Positions 43,790-52,771 of a DNA stretch of 64,000 bases are shown piece by piece. The stretch comes from a virus: the IMG/VR virus record IMGVR_UViG_3300031718_000006, positions 3,494-67,493 of that record; one strand, given 5' to 3'. The translations under genes were made by a program, and so were the position numbers. Position 1 is the first letter of the stretch; each line of letters begins with the position of its first letter. The notes below the pieces were generated by a model. It did not search any database. It was not told the DNA's origin and saw only the letters and a list, made by a program, of their open reading frames with translations.

Positions 43790-44370
43790 CGTGACCTCCA
43801 CATCACAATCAGGCGGTCATCAGAGCGCGGCGGAGCAACAGACGACTTCGGCTCAATGACCTTGCATGGCATCTTCAATCCATCCGCAATTTCATCCGCA
43901 GTGCCTTCTTGAACGTCCTCAATGACATAAATCCCTTCAGTTGCCAGATGCGCTCTCAGGAAGTTGGCGGCGGCGATCTGGTCTTTTACCAGATGCGATC
44001 CATCGTCGATTATCAAATCAAACAGATGGCATCGTTTACGGACGAACCCCTGCAAGGCTTTGGCGTTCCCTGCATCGCATTCCTCCAATTCGACGCGCTT
44101 TGTATCGAACTTGGTTTCTGCAATGACCTCCGGAACGATGTCGATGCCGTAGATTTGCGCCTCGGGAAAGTATTCTTCCCACATCCGCAGAGACGCTCCT
44201 GTGCAGACTCCGATTTCAAGGATGCGGCGAATCAATCTGCCGGAAAGAACCCGCGAATAGAACGGCGTGTAGGGATGTCCAGTACAACCTCGCCAATAGG
44301 GAGATTTATCGGTATCGTGCTTCAACCCTAGAGCGCAGAGTTGCGTCATCGGAATAGCGAAGTCATTCAT
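43786..44370 (-). CDS. SAM-dependent sugar O-methyltransferase-like
   Basis: TDK...HPYTPFY, ILEIGV, FDLIIDDGSH, GIYVIED. Confidence 0.88.
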   Translation of the reverse strand: MNDFAIPMTQLCALGLKHDTDKSPYWRGCTGHPYTPFYSRVLSGRLIRRILEIGVCTGASLRMWEEYFPEAQIYGIDIVPEVIAETKFDTKRVELEECDAGNAKALQGFVRKRCHLFDLIIDDGSHLVKDQIAAANFLRAHLATEGIYVIEDVQEGTADEIADGLKMPCKVIEPKSSVAPPRSDDRLIVMWRSR

Positions 44371-44557
44371 GCAGGCTGTTCTCCAGATCGTTTAAGTAGA
44401 AATCCTTTTGCGCGGCGGAAAGTCTGTGCAGTTCCCAGCAGGCGGGACAAAGCGAATGTGGCCGACCGCATATTGAACAGAAAGCGTTCATTAGAGGGCA
44501 GGATTTGTAGATTTCCTTGCAGTCTTCACAAAGAAATTCCCATGTCGCGTAGTTCAT
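44363..44557 (-). CDS. small Zn-finger protein
   Basis: Three CxxC pairs; coupled overlaps. Confidence 0.55.
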   Translation of the reverse strand: MNYATWEFLCEDCKEIYKSCPLMNAFCSICGRPHSLCPACWELHRLSAAQKDFYLNDLENSLHE

Positions 44558-45432
44558 AACGCCCCCAAGTCGATCAGGTCGCGTGCCAGCCAAGTCGAGC
44601 GGAACTTGATCTTGTAATTCCTCCACCAGTAGTTGGCCTCCCGCTGTCGGCGCTCAAAGTCTCCGAGAATTTCCGCCATCACCTGCGGCAACGTGCTCCA
44701 GTCCTCGATCACAGAAAAAGGATGTTTGCCTAAAACCAAGTCCCAGTATCCGGGCACATGGTCGGGACTGTAGGCATCGAGAATCGGCACACAACCCGCC
44801 TCAAGAGCTTCAGCAAAGCGGAAAGAGTCAGGCGTGGCAGGCCCGGAAGGACACGGCACCACTTTAGCCTGCCGCATATAGCGATAATAGTCCTCATGCG
44901 CGAATCCACTCCCGAAGGTATCAGTGGCCAGAAAGATATTTTTGTAATCGACCGGAACCGAACTGAGAGCGTGGACAAATTCCTTTCGTCTTGAATGTGT
45001 CACTTGCCCAGCAAACATCCAATCGAGAGGTCGCCCATTCTCCGCAGGCAATTTCTGATGAATCCCTGCTGGATAGCCTTCGATCATGTATCTGGAGGCT
45101 TCGGCTTTTCCCGGCTTCGGGGTTTGCAGCCACAGTCTATGATTCGGATGGTAGAGAAGGTGATAAGGAAATTCGCAAGCCTCGTCTCCAACGCTGATGA
45201 AAATTACCCAAGACAGAGGCGCGGCGTACTTGTTCAGCCTTTCCGCAACGTTTGCCCCTTGCGAACAACTGCTCTGATTCTGCCCATGAAATACGATGAC
45301 CGCACCGTTGGCCTCTAGCGGAAGTGTCGGCATGACGCAGTGCTCGACTTCCACGCTATCGAGCATTTCGTTGAGCATGGCGGCGGCGCTGCACGATATT
45401 CTCTCGGGGAACCAGACTACGGGTATATTCAC
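44554..45432 (-). CDS. exostosin-like (GT47) glycosyltransferase
   Basis: WMFAGQ, CPSG...DSFRFAEALEAGCVPI. Confidence 0.82.
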   Translation of the reverse strand: MNIPVVWFPERISCSAAAMLNEMLDSVEVEHCVMPTLPLEANGAVIVFHGQNQSSCSQGANVAERLNKYAAPLSWVIFISVGDEACEFPYHLLYHPNHRLWLQTPKPGKAEASRYMIEGYPAGIHQKLPAENGRPLDWMFAGQVTHSRRKEFVHALSSVPVDYKNIFLATDTFGSGFAHEDYYRYMRQAKVVPCPSGPATPDSFRFAEALEAGCVPILDAYSPDHVPGYWDLVLGKHPFSVIEDWSTLPQVMAEILGDFERRQREANYWWRNYKIKFRSTWLARDLIDLGAL

Positions 45433-47288
45433 CTGACCTCCATAGTGCGTAACAGGGTTTCCATGCGATTGTGATAGGTTTCGTTAGACTTGACCCAATT
45501 CATTCCAGCTTCGCGGCAGAAATCACGCGCTTTATCATTTTCGAGAAGGAATTCGATGCGATCCTGAAGATGTCTCAGGTCTCCAGCGGGAAAAGTAATC
45601 AGCCCTGCATAGTCGAGCCCCTTGGAGGCTGGATGAACGAGAACTCCGCCGCGCCCCATTGTTTCCGGCACTCGATCACTCCAGTAGTAGTCCGACCCAC
45701 CGAAGCAGGAATCTCCAACGACAACATTGATGGATGCATACAGGTCATTGAGGCTATCTCCTCTAATGCCTGTAAATATACGAAAACGTTCGCCATAAGC
45801 GCCTCGCAAAAACTCGATTAACTCGCCCCGAAATTTGTACTCTGGATGGTATCCTTCCGCGCCGACGAATCCGACATCGACCTTCCACTCATCTCGCGGA
45901 GTTCCGATGAAGCAGTGACGTTTGGCGACTCCAGGTGGAAGCCATACGTGCTTAACGCCTTTCTCTTTGAAGCCCTCTTGATTTCCACCATCAGCAGTAA
46001 AAACTTTGTCAGTTCTCCAGAAAGGATGCTGTCCGATCTTCGCTTCCCGCTGGTCAAGAATGTTCAGACCCCAGTAGCGGTCTAGATGGAATGAACAGGT
46101 TTTAACCCGCTTGACTGCGAGTTTCTTCCAGAGATCATCGAGCGGCATCTTTCCGGGTGTAATCCATCCATGCGTGCTCACAAAAATCAGCAACGATACG
46201 TCACGGCATCCGGTGTAGATTTCTTCGGTCGAGTCTTCGTTTTCCTGAAACGTAACGACCGGATGCCCCATGTCTCTCAACGTCCATGCAAGTTCGTTTT
46301 CGGTTGAGTGTTCGGCGCTGAAGTTCCCTAGAATTGCAATGGTCGGTTTGGTCATAACCTCGATTCTTGGCTTCAGGAACTCACCAAACAGCTTCTTGAA
46401 CTCCGCATTGCCTTTCTCAAACTTCGATCTCGCTTCACACTGCATTTTCGCAATGACGTGTGAAGGCTGCGCCAGCATCTTTGGCACCATTTCCCGAATA
46501 TCCTTGGCGCTGACATCGTGTAAAGTCCCCATGTTCTTTTTGGTCTGCCGAATCGAAGGCACTTCAAACGGGGCTTTGATTTCAGCCATTGGGCCTGCGC
46601 CCGTTGTCAAAATCACCGCCCCAACCGACAAAGCTTCATGCAGAGCGTGCCCAAAACCTTCATAAGCAGAAGGCAGGACGTGGTAGAGATGGGAATTTTG
46701 CAATTCGATAATCTGCTCATCCGTGGCGCGTTTGATAAAAGTGACTCCGGGCGTCTGTTCAAACGTCACAGTGGTGCTATTAGAGACCACGGTAAGCGGC
46801 GCGTCGGGTGCATCGAGTCCGTTCCAGTAGCGATACGATCTCCACGCCTCAATGACTGCGGGAGTATTACGGTAGCCGCTGTTTCCGCCGATATGCAGGA
46901 AGCGTTTCTGGCGTTTTACTTTCGTATCACGTTTGTCTTTGGTCAGGAATCCTACATACTCAACGCGAGGAAAGACCCCCCGGAGGGTCGATGCTGCCTC
47001 TCGGGTTTTGGCAAACACAATCTCGAAGTGGCGTTGAATCGGTCGAACATTTTCAGGGCGGAGCCATTCGCAATTCGCTAAGTACCAGCGTCGGGGAGCT
47101 AGGCCTATCAGGACTTGATTAACGACCTCGAAGAAAATAGCGACATCGAAGTCCTTGCGCCCTTCCCACGGCAGATCGAATTGAATCAGTTCAACCTCAT
47201 GGGATAGAGAAACCAAATAGTCGCGCAGAAGTTCCGCTTCGACCTGTAACCCGATGCCATTGAGATTTGAAATGATGGCGAAGTTCAT
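45429..47288 (-). CDS. two-domain GT-B glycosyltransferase (GT4-like + CgeB-like)
   Basis: PSAYEGFGHALHEALSVGA; DVGFVG...YWSDRVPETMGRGG...TYHNR. Confidence 0.88.
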   Translation of the reverse strand: MNFAIISNLNGIGLQVEAELLRDYLVSLSHEVELIQFDLPWEGRKDFDVAIFFEVVNQVLIGLAPRRWYLANCEWLRPENVRPIQRHFEIVFAKTREAASTLRGVFPRVEYVGFLTKDKRDTKVKRQKRFLHIGGNSGYRNTPAVIEAWRSYRYWNGLDAPDAPLTVVSNSTTVTFEQTPGVTFIKRATDEQIIELQNSHLYHVLPSAYEGFGHALHEALSVGAVILTTGAGPMAEIKAPFEVPSIRQTKKNMGTLHDVSAKDIREMVPKMLAQPSHVIAKMQCEARSKFEKGNAEFKKLFGEFLKPRIEVMTKPTIAILGNFSAEHSTENELAWTLRDMGHPVVTFQENEDSTEEIYTGCRDVSLLIFVSTHGWITPGKMPLDDLWKKLAVKRVKTCSFHLDRYWGLNILDQREAKIGQHPFWRTDKVFTADGGNQEGFKEKGVKHVWLPPGVAKRHCFIGTPRDEWKVDVGFVGAEGYHPEYKFRGELIEFLRGAYGERFRIFTGIRGDSLNDLYASINVVVGDSCFGGSDYYWSDRVPETMGRGGVLVHPASKGLDYAGLITFPAGDLRHLQDRIEFLLENDKARDFCREAGMNWVKSNETYHNRMETLLRTMEVR

Positions 47289-47857
47289 TTTGGCAAGTAG
47301 AAGTATTCCCGCTCATCCTTGGGAACATTCCCCAGATTCAAAAGCGCCCTAACAGGTATTCGGACTTTAAGCTTTCTGGTTCGCAGCACAACCAGAACCT
47401 CCGCGACCTTACCCTTGATCTTGATTACCTCTCCGCAGAGCATATGTTCGGGGCCAAACAGAATCCTGACAAACGAAGTCTCCTGTATCCCAGCGGACCA
47501 CTTCTCAGCTTCGGCCTCGGCTTGAACCTTGACGTTTCGCGCAAACTCATCCTCAATGGGCAAAATCTTGCCCTTAGCATCTGAGAGCGGCCCGACCACG
47601 CCGTAGATACTGCCTAAACCTTTCAGGTCTTCGAGTTTCCGTGACCTTGCCAGTAGATATGGGGAAATCAGTTCTACCCCGGAAAGGTCTTTGGATTTAA
47701 CGGGAAATAGTAACTGGAAAGGTTCGCCGGAGAGTCTAGACTTGGCCCAGCGTGAAATATGCAGGGTAACTTCTTCGATTCGCGCTTCTGATACCAATTC
47801 AACAGCAACCCAAGGCAGATTCGTAAGTAGAGACACTCTGCCCTGTTGAATCAGCAT
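47285..47857 (-). CDS. NusG-family (NGN+KOW) transcription antiterminator paralog
   Basis: WVAV, LISPYLLAR, GVVG (NGN-like); VRILFGP...GEVIKI...AEVLV (KOW-like). Confidence 0.7.
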   Translation of the reverse strand: MLIQQGRVSLLTNLPWVAVELVSEARIEEVTLHISRWAKSRLSGEPFQLLFPVKSKDLSGVELISPYLLARSRKLEDLKGLGSIYGVVGPLSDAKGKILPIEDEFARNVKVQAEAEAEKWSAGIQETSFVRILFGPEHMLCGEVIKIKGKVAEVLVVLRTRKLKVRIPVRALLNLGNVPKDEREYFYLPK

Positions 47858-48396
47858 CCTTTTCCTATCGGCCCGTCAGTAGTCATGGGGGCAAAGCACT
47901 GCTCGAATTCTTCATGGGTAATCGAAATTGAAAACGATCCGAGAATTTCCGGTTCTTTGATTGTCAGGGGTTTTGGGTGGTCACGGTTGGCGGCAAACTT
48001 AAGCATCTTCTGGTAAGCGTCGGAGGCTATGGCGGCATCGCCGTTAGCCAGAATTTCGCAGATAGCTTCAGTACCCAGCGAAATTCCTTCCCAGAATGAC
48101 CCATTCCACCCTCCCATCAGCCGTGCAATCTGCTTGTAGGTTCTGCCGAGAAGGTAATACTGGAAGAAGATGTCCTGAATTGAATGTGGAAGATAGCTGA
48201 CGAGTTCTAAAAACCTTGCCGGATTCTCGACTGCTAGGTTTGCAATCGCCAAAGACCTGTCGAGAGTAGCGTCGGTTTCAAACGAAAGCAGGCTTCGTCC
48301 CGCCAGGGACGCTTCGGGATCGCGGGCAAACAGTTCTACCGCCCGTGATTCAGAGTTCATTTCGTATGCCGATTGTGGTTTTTGAATATCGTCCAT
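47851..48396 (-). CDS. sigma70 region 4-like HTH protein
   Basis: LPHSIQDIFFQYYLLGRTYKQIARLMG. Confidence 0.6.
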   Translation of the reverse strand: MDDIQKPQSAYEMNSESRAVELFARDPEASLAGRSLLSFETDATLDRSLAIANLAVENPARFLELVSYLPHSIQDIFFQYYLLGRTYKQIARLMGGWNGSFWEGISLGTEAICEILANGDAAIASDAYQKMLKFAANRDHPKPLTIKEPEILGSFSISITHEEFEQCFAPMTTDGPIGKGC

Positions 48397-48474
48397 ACGG
48401 CGGAGTCTAGCACTTTAGTTACCGTCAAATCTAGAAAGACCCGACGCGGAGGTAATCTCGGTCGGGTCTTTACC

Positions 48475-48831
48475 TTACAAGCCGCGTCCGTTAAGCGCGA
48501 TCCCAGCATTCGCCCACATCACCGCCGCACGCACGAAGCTGAGAGCCGTCCGTTTGTCATCTCCCCACGGTGCATGACGGTCGATTACCCGAGCGAACGT
48601 TTTGGCTGCTTCGCGGATTTCCACATAGTGTGGAATTGCCGCAGGGTCATTGTGGTAGGTGAAAACGTCGTCAATCGGGTCGCGCGGATTGAGTATGTTA
48701 TCTCCCGGCATCGCTGTTTGGATTGGCGCGTAGGCTTTCTCTTGGCACGCTTGACCCACTCCGCCCCTCAGTTGATCCGCCTCATAATCGAGAGCGGATA
48801 TTTGCTTTTCTATTTGCTGCAAACGGCTCAT
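48475..48831 (-). CDS. Acb2/Tad1-like helical-hairpin protein (candidate nucleotide sponge)
   Basis: FTYH...IREAA...AP..DKRTAL...AVMWANAGIA. Confidence 0.6.
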   Translation of the reverse strand: MSRLQQIEKQISALDYEADQLRGGVGQACQEKAYAPIQTAMPGDNILNPRDPIDDVFTYHNDPAAIPHYVEIREAAKTFARVIDRHAPWGDDKRTALSFVRAAVMWANAGIALNGRGL

Positions 48832-48842
48832 TTGTTCCCCTT

Positions 48843-49049
48843 TCAATTTGGCTCTGACTTTGAAATAAACTCCCGCATCATGTTGCACACATCCTGACGT
48901 TGGCAGTTCGCCGTGTAAAACATGCTCCCCGCTTCCCCAAACTCCGCGATCAGCAATGCGAATCCAAAACCATCCGGCATCGTTTCGCGTAAGCGGTCGC
49001 CAATATCCTTCAGCCTTTTCTCCACTTCAGGATTGCGAACTTCAAACAT
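48843..49049 (-). CDS. hypothetical protein
   Basis: GFGFALLIAEFG...YTANCQR. Confidence 0.7.
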   Translation of the reverse strand: MFEVRNPEVEKRLKDIGDRLRETMPDGFGFALLIAEFGEAGSMFYTANCQRQDVCNMMREFISKSEPN

Positions 49050-49605
49050 TGATTGCGTCCTTTCCGCCTGGAGTAGCTTCTGGCTTCGGCTTTTCAGCCC
49101 ACATCAACCTGTAGCCTTCAAGCATGACCGGATTGAAATCGTCCTTATCGGTAATGTCCCAAAGCTCCCCATTCTTCATGCGGAAGATGACTTTAACCCC
49201 TTGCAGCATGGTATGGAGATTTTTGACCCACTGCTCAAGGTTTATCGGGTAAGGGATAATATCGAGTTTCTGCGGGTCGCGGCCTGCATTTCTGGCAATC
49301 GAAGGCACGTTGAAAACCAACCGTTGCAGCCATGCTTCCATCCTGCGGTTGGCAAAATACCTGCGGTAGTTCTCATAATCCCACGCGCTCAGAACCTCAG
49401 CCGCGTCGAACTTGCTCCCTAGCCGGATGTTCTGCTCAAACAGTTCGGGCACAGGGATCATCAGGTTGGTCAGGATTCCATTGTCCAGACTCTTTAGGTT
49501 GATGCGGATGTAGGTCTTAAATTCTCCCCGCACGATTACCACGTCGATGATCTGCCCGAAATGCGCTTCCGGATTATGCTCCGGCTTAGGCTTGATGAAC
49601 ATCAA
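49042..49605 (-). CDS. hypothetical protein
   Basis: Coupled ORF. Confidence 0.65.
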   Translation of the reverse strand: MMFIKPKPEHNPEAHFGQIIDVVIVRGEFKTYIRINLKSLDNGILTNLMIPVPELFEQNIRLGSKFDAAEVLSAWDYENYRRYFANRRMEAWLQRLVFNVPSIARNAGRDPQKLDIIPYPINLEQWVKNLHTMLQGVKVIFRMKNGELWDITDKDDFNPVMLEGYRLMWAEKPKPEATPGGKDAINV

Positions 49606-49970
49606 ATCCCCCGACTCGCATCTTTGAACCCTGTGGCTTTACAAAGCTGGCACCCGTAGATTGTGCAGGTCTTGAAACGGTGGGCGGCCCCCACGCTCGG
49701 AGCGTTCACAACTTCTCGAACCTCATAGCATTCAGGCACTCTGAACTCTCTTTTGGTCTCCGCCGCCTCCGCGATCTGCTCAATCGTTACCGGCTCGTCC
49801 GGCTCCTCGACCTGCTTTTTCTCCCACACCCGATCCCAAACCGCCGCCCGCAACGCCAAGGAAACAAACTCCTTCTGACTCAACTTCTCCGCCGCACACT
49901 TCTTCTGCACCAAATGCAATAGCTTCGGCGTCACCACTACGTTAATGTTCGGCCCCTTGTGTTTTGCCAA
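49602..49970 (-). CDS. RHH-like protein with C-terminal Cys cluster
   Basis: INVVVTPKLLHLVQKKCAAEKLSQKEFVSLAL; GGAGG SD. Confidence 0.55.
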   Translation of the reverse strand: MAKHKGPNINVVVTPKLLHLVQKKCAAEKLSQKEFVSLALRAAVWDRVWEKKQVEEPDEPVTIEQIAEAAETKREFRVPECYEVREVVNAPSVGAAHRFKTCTIYGCQLCKATGFKDASRGI

Positions 49971-49971
49971 A

Positions 49972-50142
49972 CTACTCCCTCCAAATAAGCAGCATCGAAC
50001 AGATTGCGGCCACTCCTACGCAGGTCAAAAATCCGACCGCGCATATATAAAACCACACGCCTTGGGGCTGTCCGGTTAGCAACAATAGGACAATAAAGGC
50101 CAAAACTCCAGAACTTGCCAATACGCGGTCGCTGGTTCTCAT
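49972..50142 (-). CDS. small two-TM protein (not in the ORF track)
   Basis: Hand translation MRTSDRVLASSGVLAFIVLLLL...SMLLIWRE. Confidence 0.55.
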   Translation of the reverse strand: MRTSDRVLASSGVLAFIVLLLLTGQPQGVWFYICAVGFLTCVGVAAICSMLLIWRE

Positions 50143-50322
50143 CTACTTCGGCTCCCGCTTCGTCAAACACGCCGTCGGAAACTGACACGAATGCGGACTC
50201 CCGTCATGCACCCAAGTCGTCACTACCCAACCCAAATGACCAAGCCGCTCTACCGTCATCCTCGGACTCCCACTCTTCAACCACACCACATCACCAACCT
50301 CAAACCCTTTTTCCTTCGCCAT
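50143..50322 (-). CDS. YodC/DUF2158-like protein (not in the ORF track)
   Basis: Hand translation FEVGDVVWLKSGSPRMTV. Confidence 0.8.
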   Translation of the reverse strand: MAKEKGFEVGDVVWLKSGSPRMTVERLGHLGWVVTTWVHDGSPHSCQFPTACLTKREPK

Positions 50323-50365
50323 TCGTATAACTACCGCCTTTTCAATACTTCACAGACTCCCACGT

Positions 50366-50394
50366 AATCTATACCGCTTAGCACACTTAGTCAA
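50366..50394 (-). promoter_or_regulatory. sigma70 promoter
   Basis: TTGACT-N17-TAGATT. Confidence 0.65.
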
Positions 50395-50587
50395 GCTGTT
50401 TTCGGGACGTATCACAGATGGGTGCGCGCAGGAGTCCCAGCGTCTCTATCAAAGGGAATACCCGTATCCGGTCGAGCTTCTAGCCTGAAGATATTCCGCG
50501 CCCAAGGGGCCGTAGTGAGGCTGCAGGAGTTGCGGAAGGGTCTGAGGCTGGGTAAGTTACACTGATGCGCTGTAGGACAATGTAGCT

Positions 50588-50980
50588 CTATAGCCAGCCC
50601 TTTAGTCTGCGGTCAGTGCGAGTGAAAGCTAGATTGCAGTCATTGCAGCCCCAGCCATCTTTGTGTCGGACTAGGATGTGCTCCTGGCAAGCTGGACATA
50701 ATGGTCCGCCTGGTTCGGGATCGTTCGCCGGATCGATTGGAGTTTCCCGGTCGGAGTCTAAATCAATTCCTGCTGCGATGCGTTCAAGCTTCTCCCGAAT
50801 TTCTCCCGCCGAAGGTTCTGGTAGTTTTGGCTGAGCTGCCGGCTTGTTAACTTTGCCGGAGTTCCATTGCCGGCTTCTACATCCTCTTTTGGGACAAGAC
50901 TCCGGTTCCTCTGGAGTTCGCTGAATCCATCGCCAGCCGCATTGGTCACACTCGTTAACTTCGCATTGAATCTTCGTCAT
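50588..50980 (-). CDS. double Zn-ribbon protein, probable DNA-binding regulator
   Basis: CDQCGWRW...CPKRGCRSRQWN and CPAC...CNDC. Confidence 0.75.
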   Translation of the reverse strand: MTKIQCEVNECDQCGWRWIQRTPEEPESCPKRGCRSRQWNSGKVNKPAAQPKLPEPSAGEIREKLERIAAGIDLDSDRETPIDPANDPEPGGPLCPACQEHILVRHKDGWGCNDCNLAFTRTDRRLKGWL

Positions 50981-51062
50981 GTGTGCAGTGTACACAGACA
51001 GCGTGTGCAGAGTACACAGGATTCGTGTACCGAGTACACATAAAGATGTGTGCAGAGTACAC
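50981..51062. repeat. four near-palindromic 15-bp repeats, period 22-23 bp
   Basis: GTGTRC-N3-GTACAC at 50981, 51003, 51025, 51048. Confidence 0.9.
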
Positions 51063-51346
51063 ACTTGGTCCTAACGGTACCACTTGGCCGCCATGCAACT
51101 CGCTCCGTTCACGCCCAACCATCCGCCAGTTTTCGGCCGCTTACAGCAAGCTTTCAGGCGATTGAAACAGGGCGATGCTATTTAGATTCAACGTTTTGCG
51201 TTTAGTGAGTTAGATTTCAGGCTTGAACTGACTGTAAATCGAGAGTCTGAATTGAAGGGAAAAGCCTTTTGAAGCTGAGAATCTAGTGATTGCTGATAAC
51301 AAAGGGTTTTGAGTCTATAAAAGCTTAGTGACCTGCAAGGGAAAGA

Positions 51347-51373
51347 AAAGCCCTACGATGTTCTGTAGGGCTT
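51347..51373 (-). terminator. intrinsic terminator
   Basis: AAGCCCUAC/GUAGGGCUU followed by UUCUUU. Confidence 0.7.
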
Positions 51374-51393
51374 GAGGTTTAGATTGTGCGAGG

Positions 51394-51573
51394 TTATAGG
51401 TTTTGGTCTCCGAAGAACGTACCGATATCTGGGTCGCTTTCGTTGTCTTCGGAGACGATATAGAACCGTTCTTCAACGTGATCTGCGGGCTTTAGGGCCT
51501 TGTTTGCTTCGTCCCTGACCGTTTGGGCTGCTTTGCGTGCATCGGTCTCTGGGAGGGCGATTACCGTGCACGT
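51394..51573 (-). CDS. 59-aa protein with apparent ACG start
   Basis: Open frame (T)CTVIALPETDARKAAQ...FFGDQNL fills the gap up to the terminator. Confidence 0.5.
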   Translation of the reverse strand, partial: TCTVIALPETDARKAAQTVRDEANKALKPADHVEERFYIVSEDNESDPDIGTFFGDQNL

Positions 51574-51809
51574 TAGTCGCCCCCTAGAGAAGATGGGAAC
51601 AACCGATCAGCGCAAACGTCACAGAACAATTCTGTAAACTTGTACGCTATTGCAACCATACCTAACCGTCCTTCATGCCAAACAACGATTAAGCAGATAA
51701 TCGCTAGCAATACCGCGATGTGGACCACTACCCGATGACGTTTGACCGCTTTCGCGATTGGCTGAACTATGGGAATAACCTTGGGAGCAAGCTTTGCGGT
51801 AATGTTCAT
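51573..51809 (-). CDS. small membrane protein
   Basis: VVVHIAVLLAIICLIVVW. Confidence 0.6.
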   Translation of the reverse strand: MNITAKLAPKVIPIVQPIAKAVKRHRVVVHIAVLLAIICLIVVWHEGRLGMVAIAYKFTELFCDVCADRLFPSSLGGD

Positions 51810-52771
51810 CGGAGAACCTCCACGAAAGATTGCAGTTCAGCCCATCCTGTAATCGCAGCAATGACCGCGATAACCATCAATTCGACCGTGAGCCGCAAGC
51901 CCGCACGTCTGATTAGCAATGGTTCCTCCGGTTCGTCGGTATCTTCGTCCGGTTCAGGTAATGCCCAGCAATAACCTCCGTCATCTTCCCAGCGGTTCAG
52001 GTCTTTTTCTGAAGGTTCGCAGAAAAGCCGCGAAATCGCTTCGCTGTAACCTAGCTGATCTTTGATTGGCAGTAGTTCGCCGTAAAGCTCATCCGTAGTC
52101 ATAGTCCAGCAATGGGAAGGCCCAGAGCCTAAACCGTGGAACTGCTGTACACTCGCTTGCTCCCACAGGGACAATTCCGTCCAAGGTCTAGTCTGGCATG
52201 GCTGAAGACCTAACAGGAGTGCATACCAACCGCGTTCCCTGATCGTTAGGCCGTCCCACCATTCGCCACTTGTGGGAGGTTCTGCTTTGTACAAACGCGC
52301 CCAATGATGTTCAAGTGTCGGTACCGGAGGAAGTAACCCAGCAAGCGGAGATTCGCCTAACATGTAACCTTTCAGGGCTGAATCCCTGATTTTCTTGTCC
52401 AAGTCTGGGTTAACCTTTTCAGCCAAGTACCATGCGTCTTGCTCTGCTGGTAGCCTTACTCCAGCTTGCGCTAAAAGTGGGTTATGGCTGGGAATCCTGA
52501 ACAATCGGCAAAGATAGTGCCCAATTTCATGAGCAACTATCGTTAGGCCGTCATTGATAGTCATCGTATGCCCCAGAATCTTCGAATCCACATCGGGAGC
52601 TAGGATAATGCGGTTTTCCCCTTGGAAATTGTCGGTACGGCTAGGCATTGTCCCGCCGGTAGTGTCCAGATAAAAACTAACTTCTCCGATTTTCTTCATT
52701 TTACTGCTAGGTACTGGGTTCTCCGCATCATGCTTTGAGACTTCTACCGATACCGCTTTAACTTTTGACAT
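51806..52771 (-). CDS. HExxH metallopeptidase-like protein (ImmA/IrrE-like) with C-terminal TM
   Basis: IVAHEIGH...AEQDAWYLA. Confidence 0.65.
   Translation of the reverse strand: MSKVKAVSVEVSKHDAENPVPSSKMKKIGEVSFYLDTTGGTMPSRTDNFQGENRIILAPDVDSKILGHTMTINDGLTIVAHEIGHYLCRLFRIPSHNPLLAQAGVRLPAEQDAWYLAEKVNPDLDKKIRDSALKGYMLGESPLAGLLPPVPTLEHHWARLYKAEPPTSGEWWDGLTIRERGWYALLLGLQPCQTRPWTELSLWEQASVQQFHGLGSGPSHCWTMTTDELYGELLPIKDQLGYSEAISRLFCEPSEKDLNRWEDDGGYCWALPEPDEDTDEPEEPLLIRRAGLRLTVELMVIAVIAAITGWAELQSFVEVLR

Noticed and set aside
50981-51062. CRISPR array
   Set aside because: Repeats are 15 bp with 7-8 bp spacers, and no cas genes are present.
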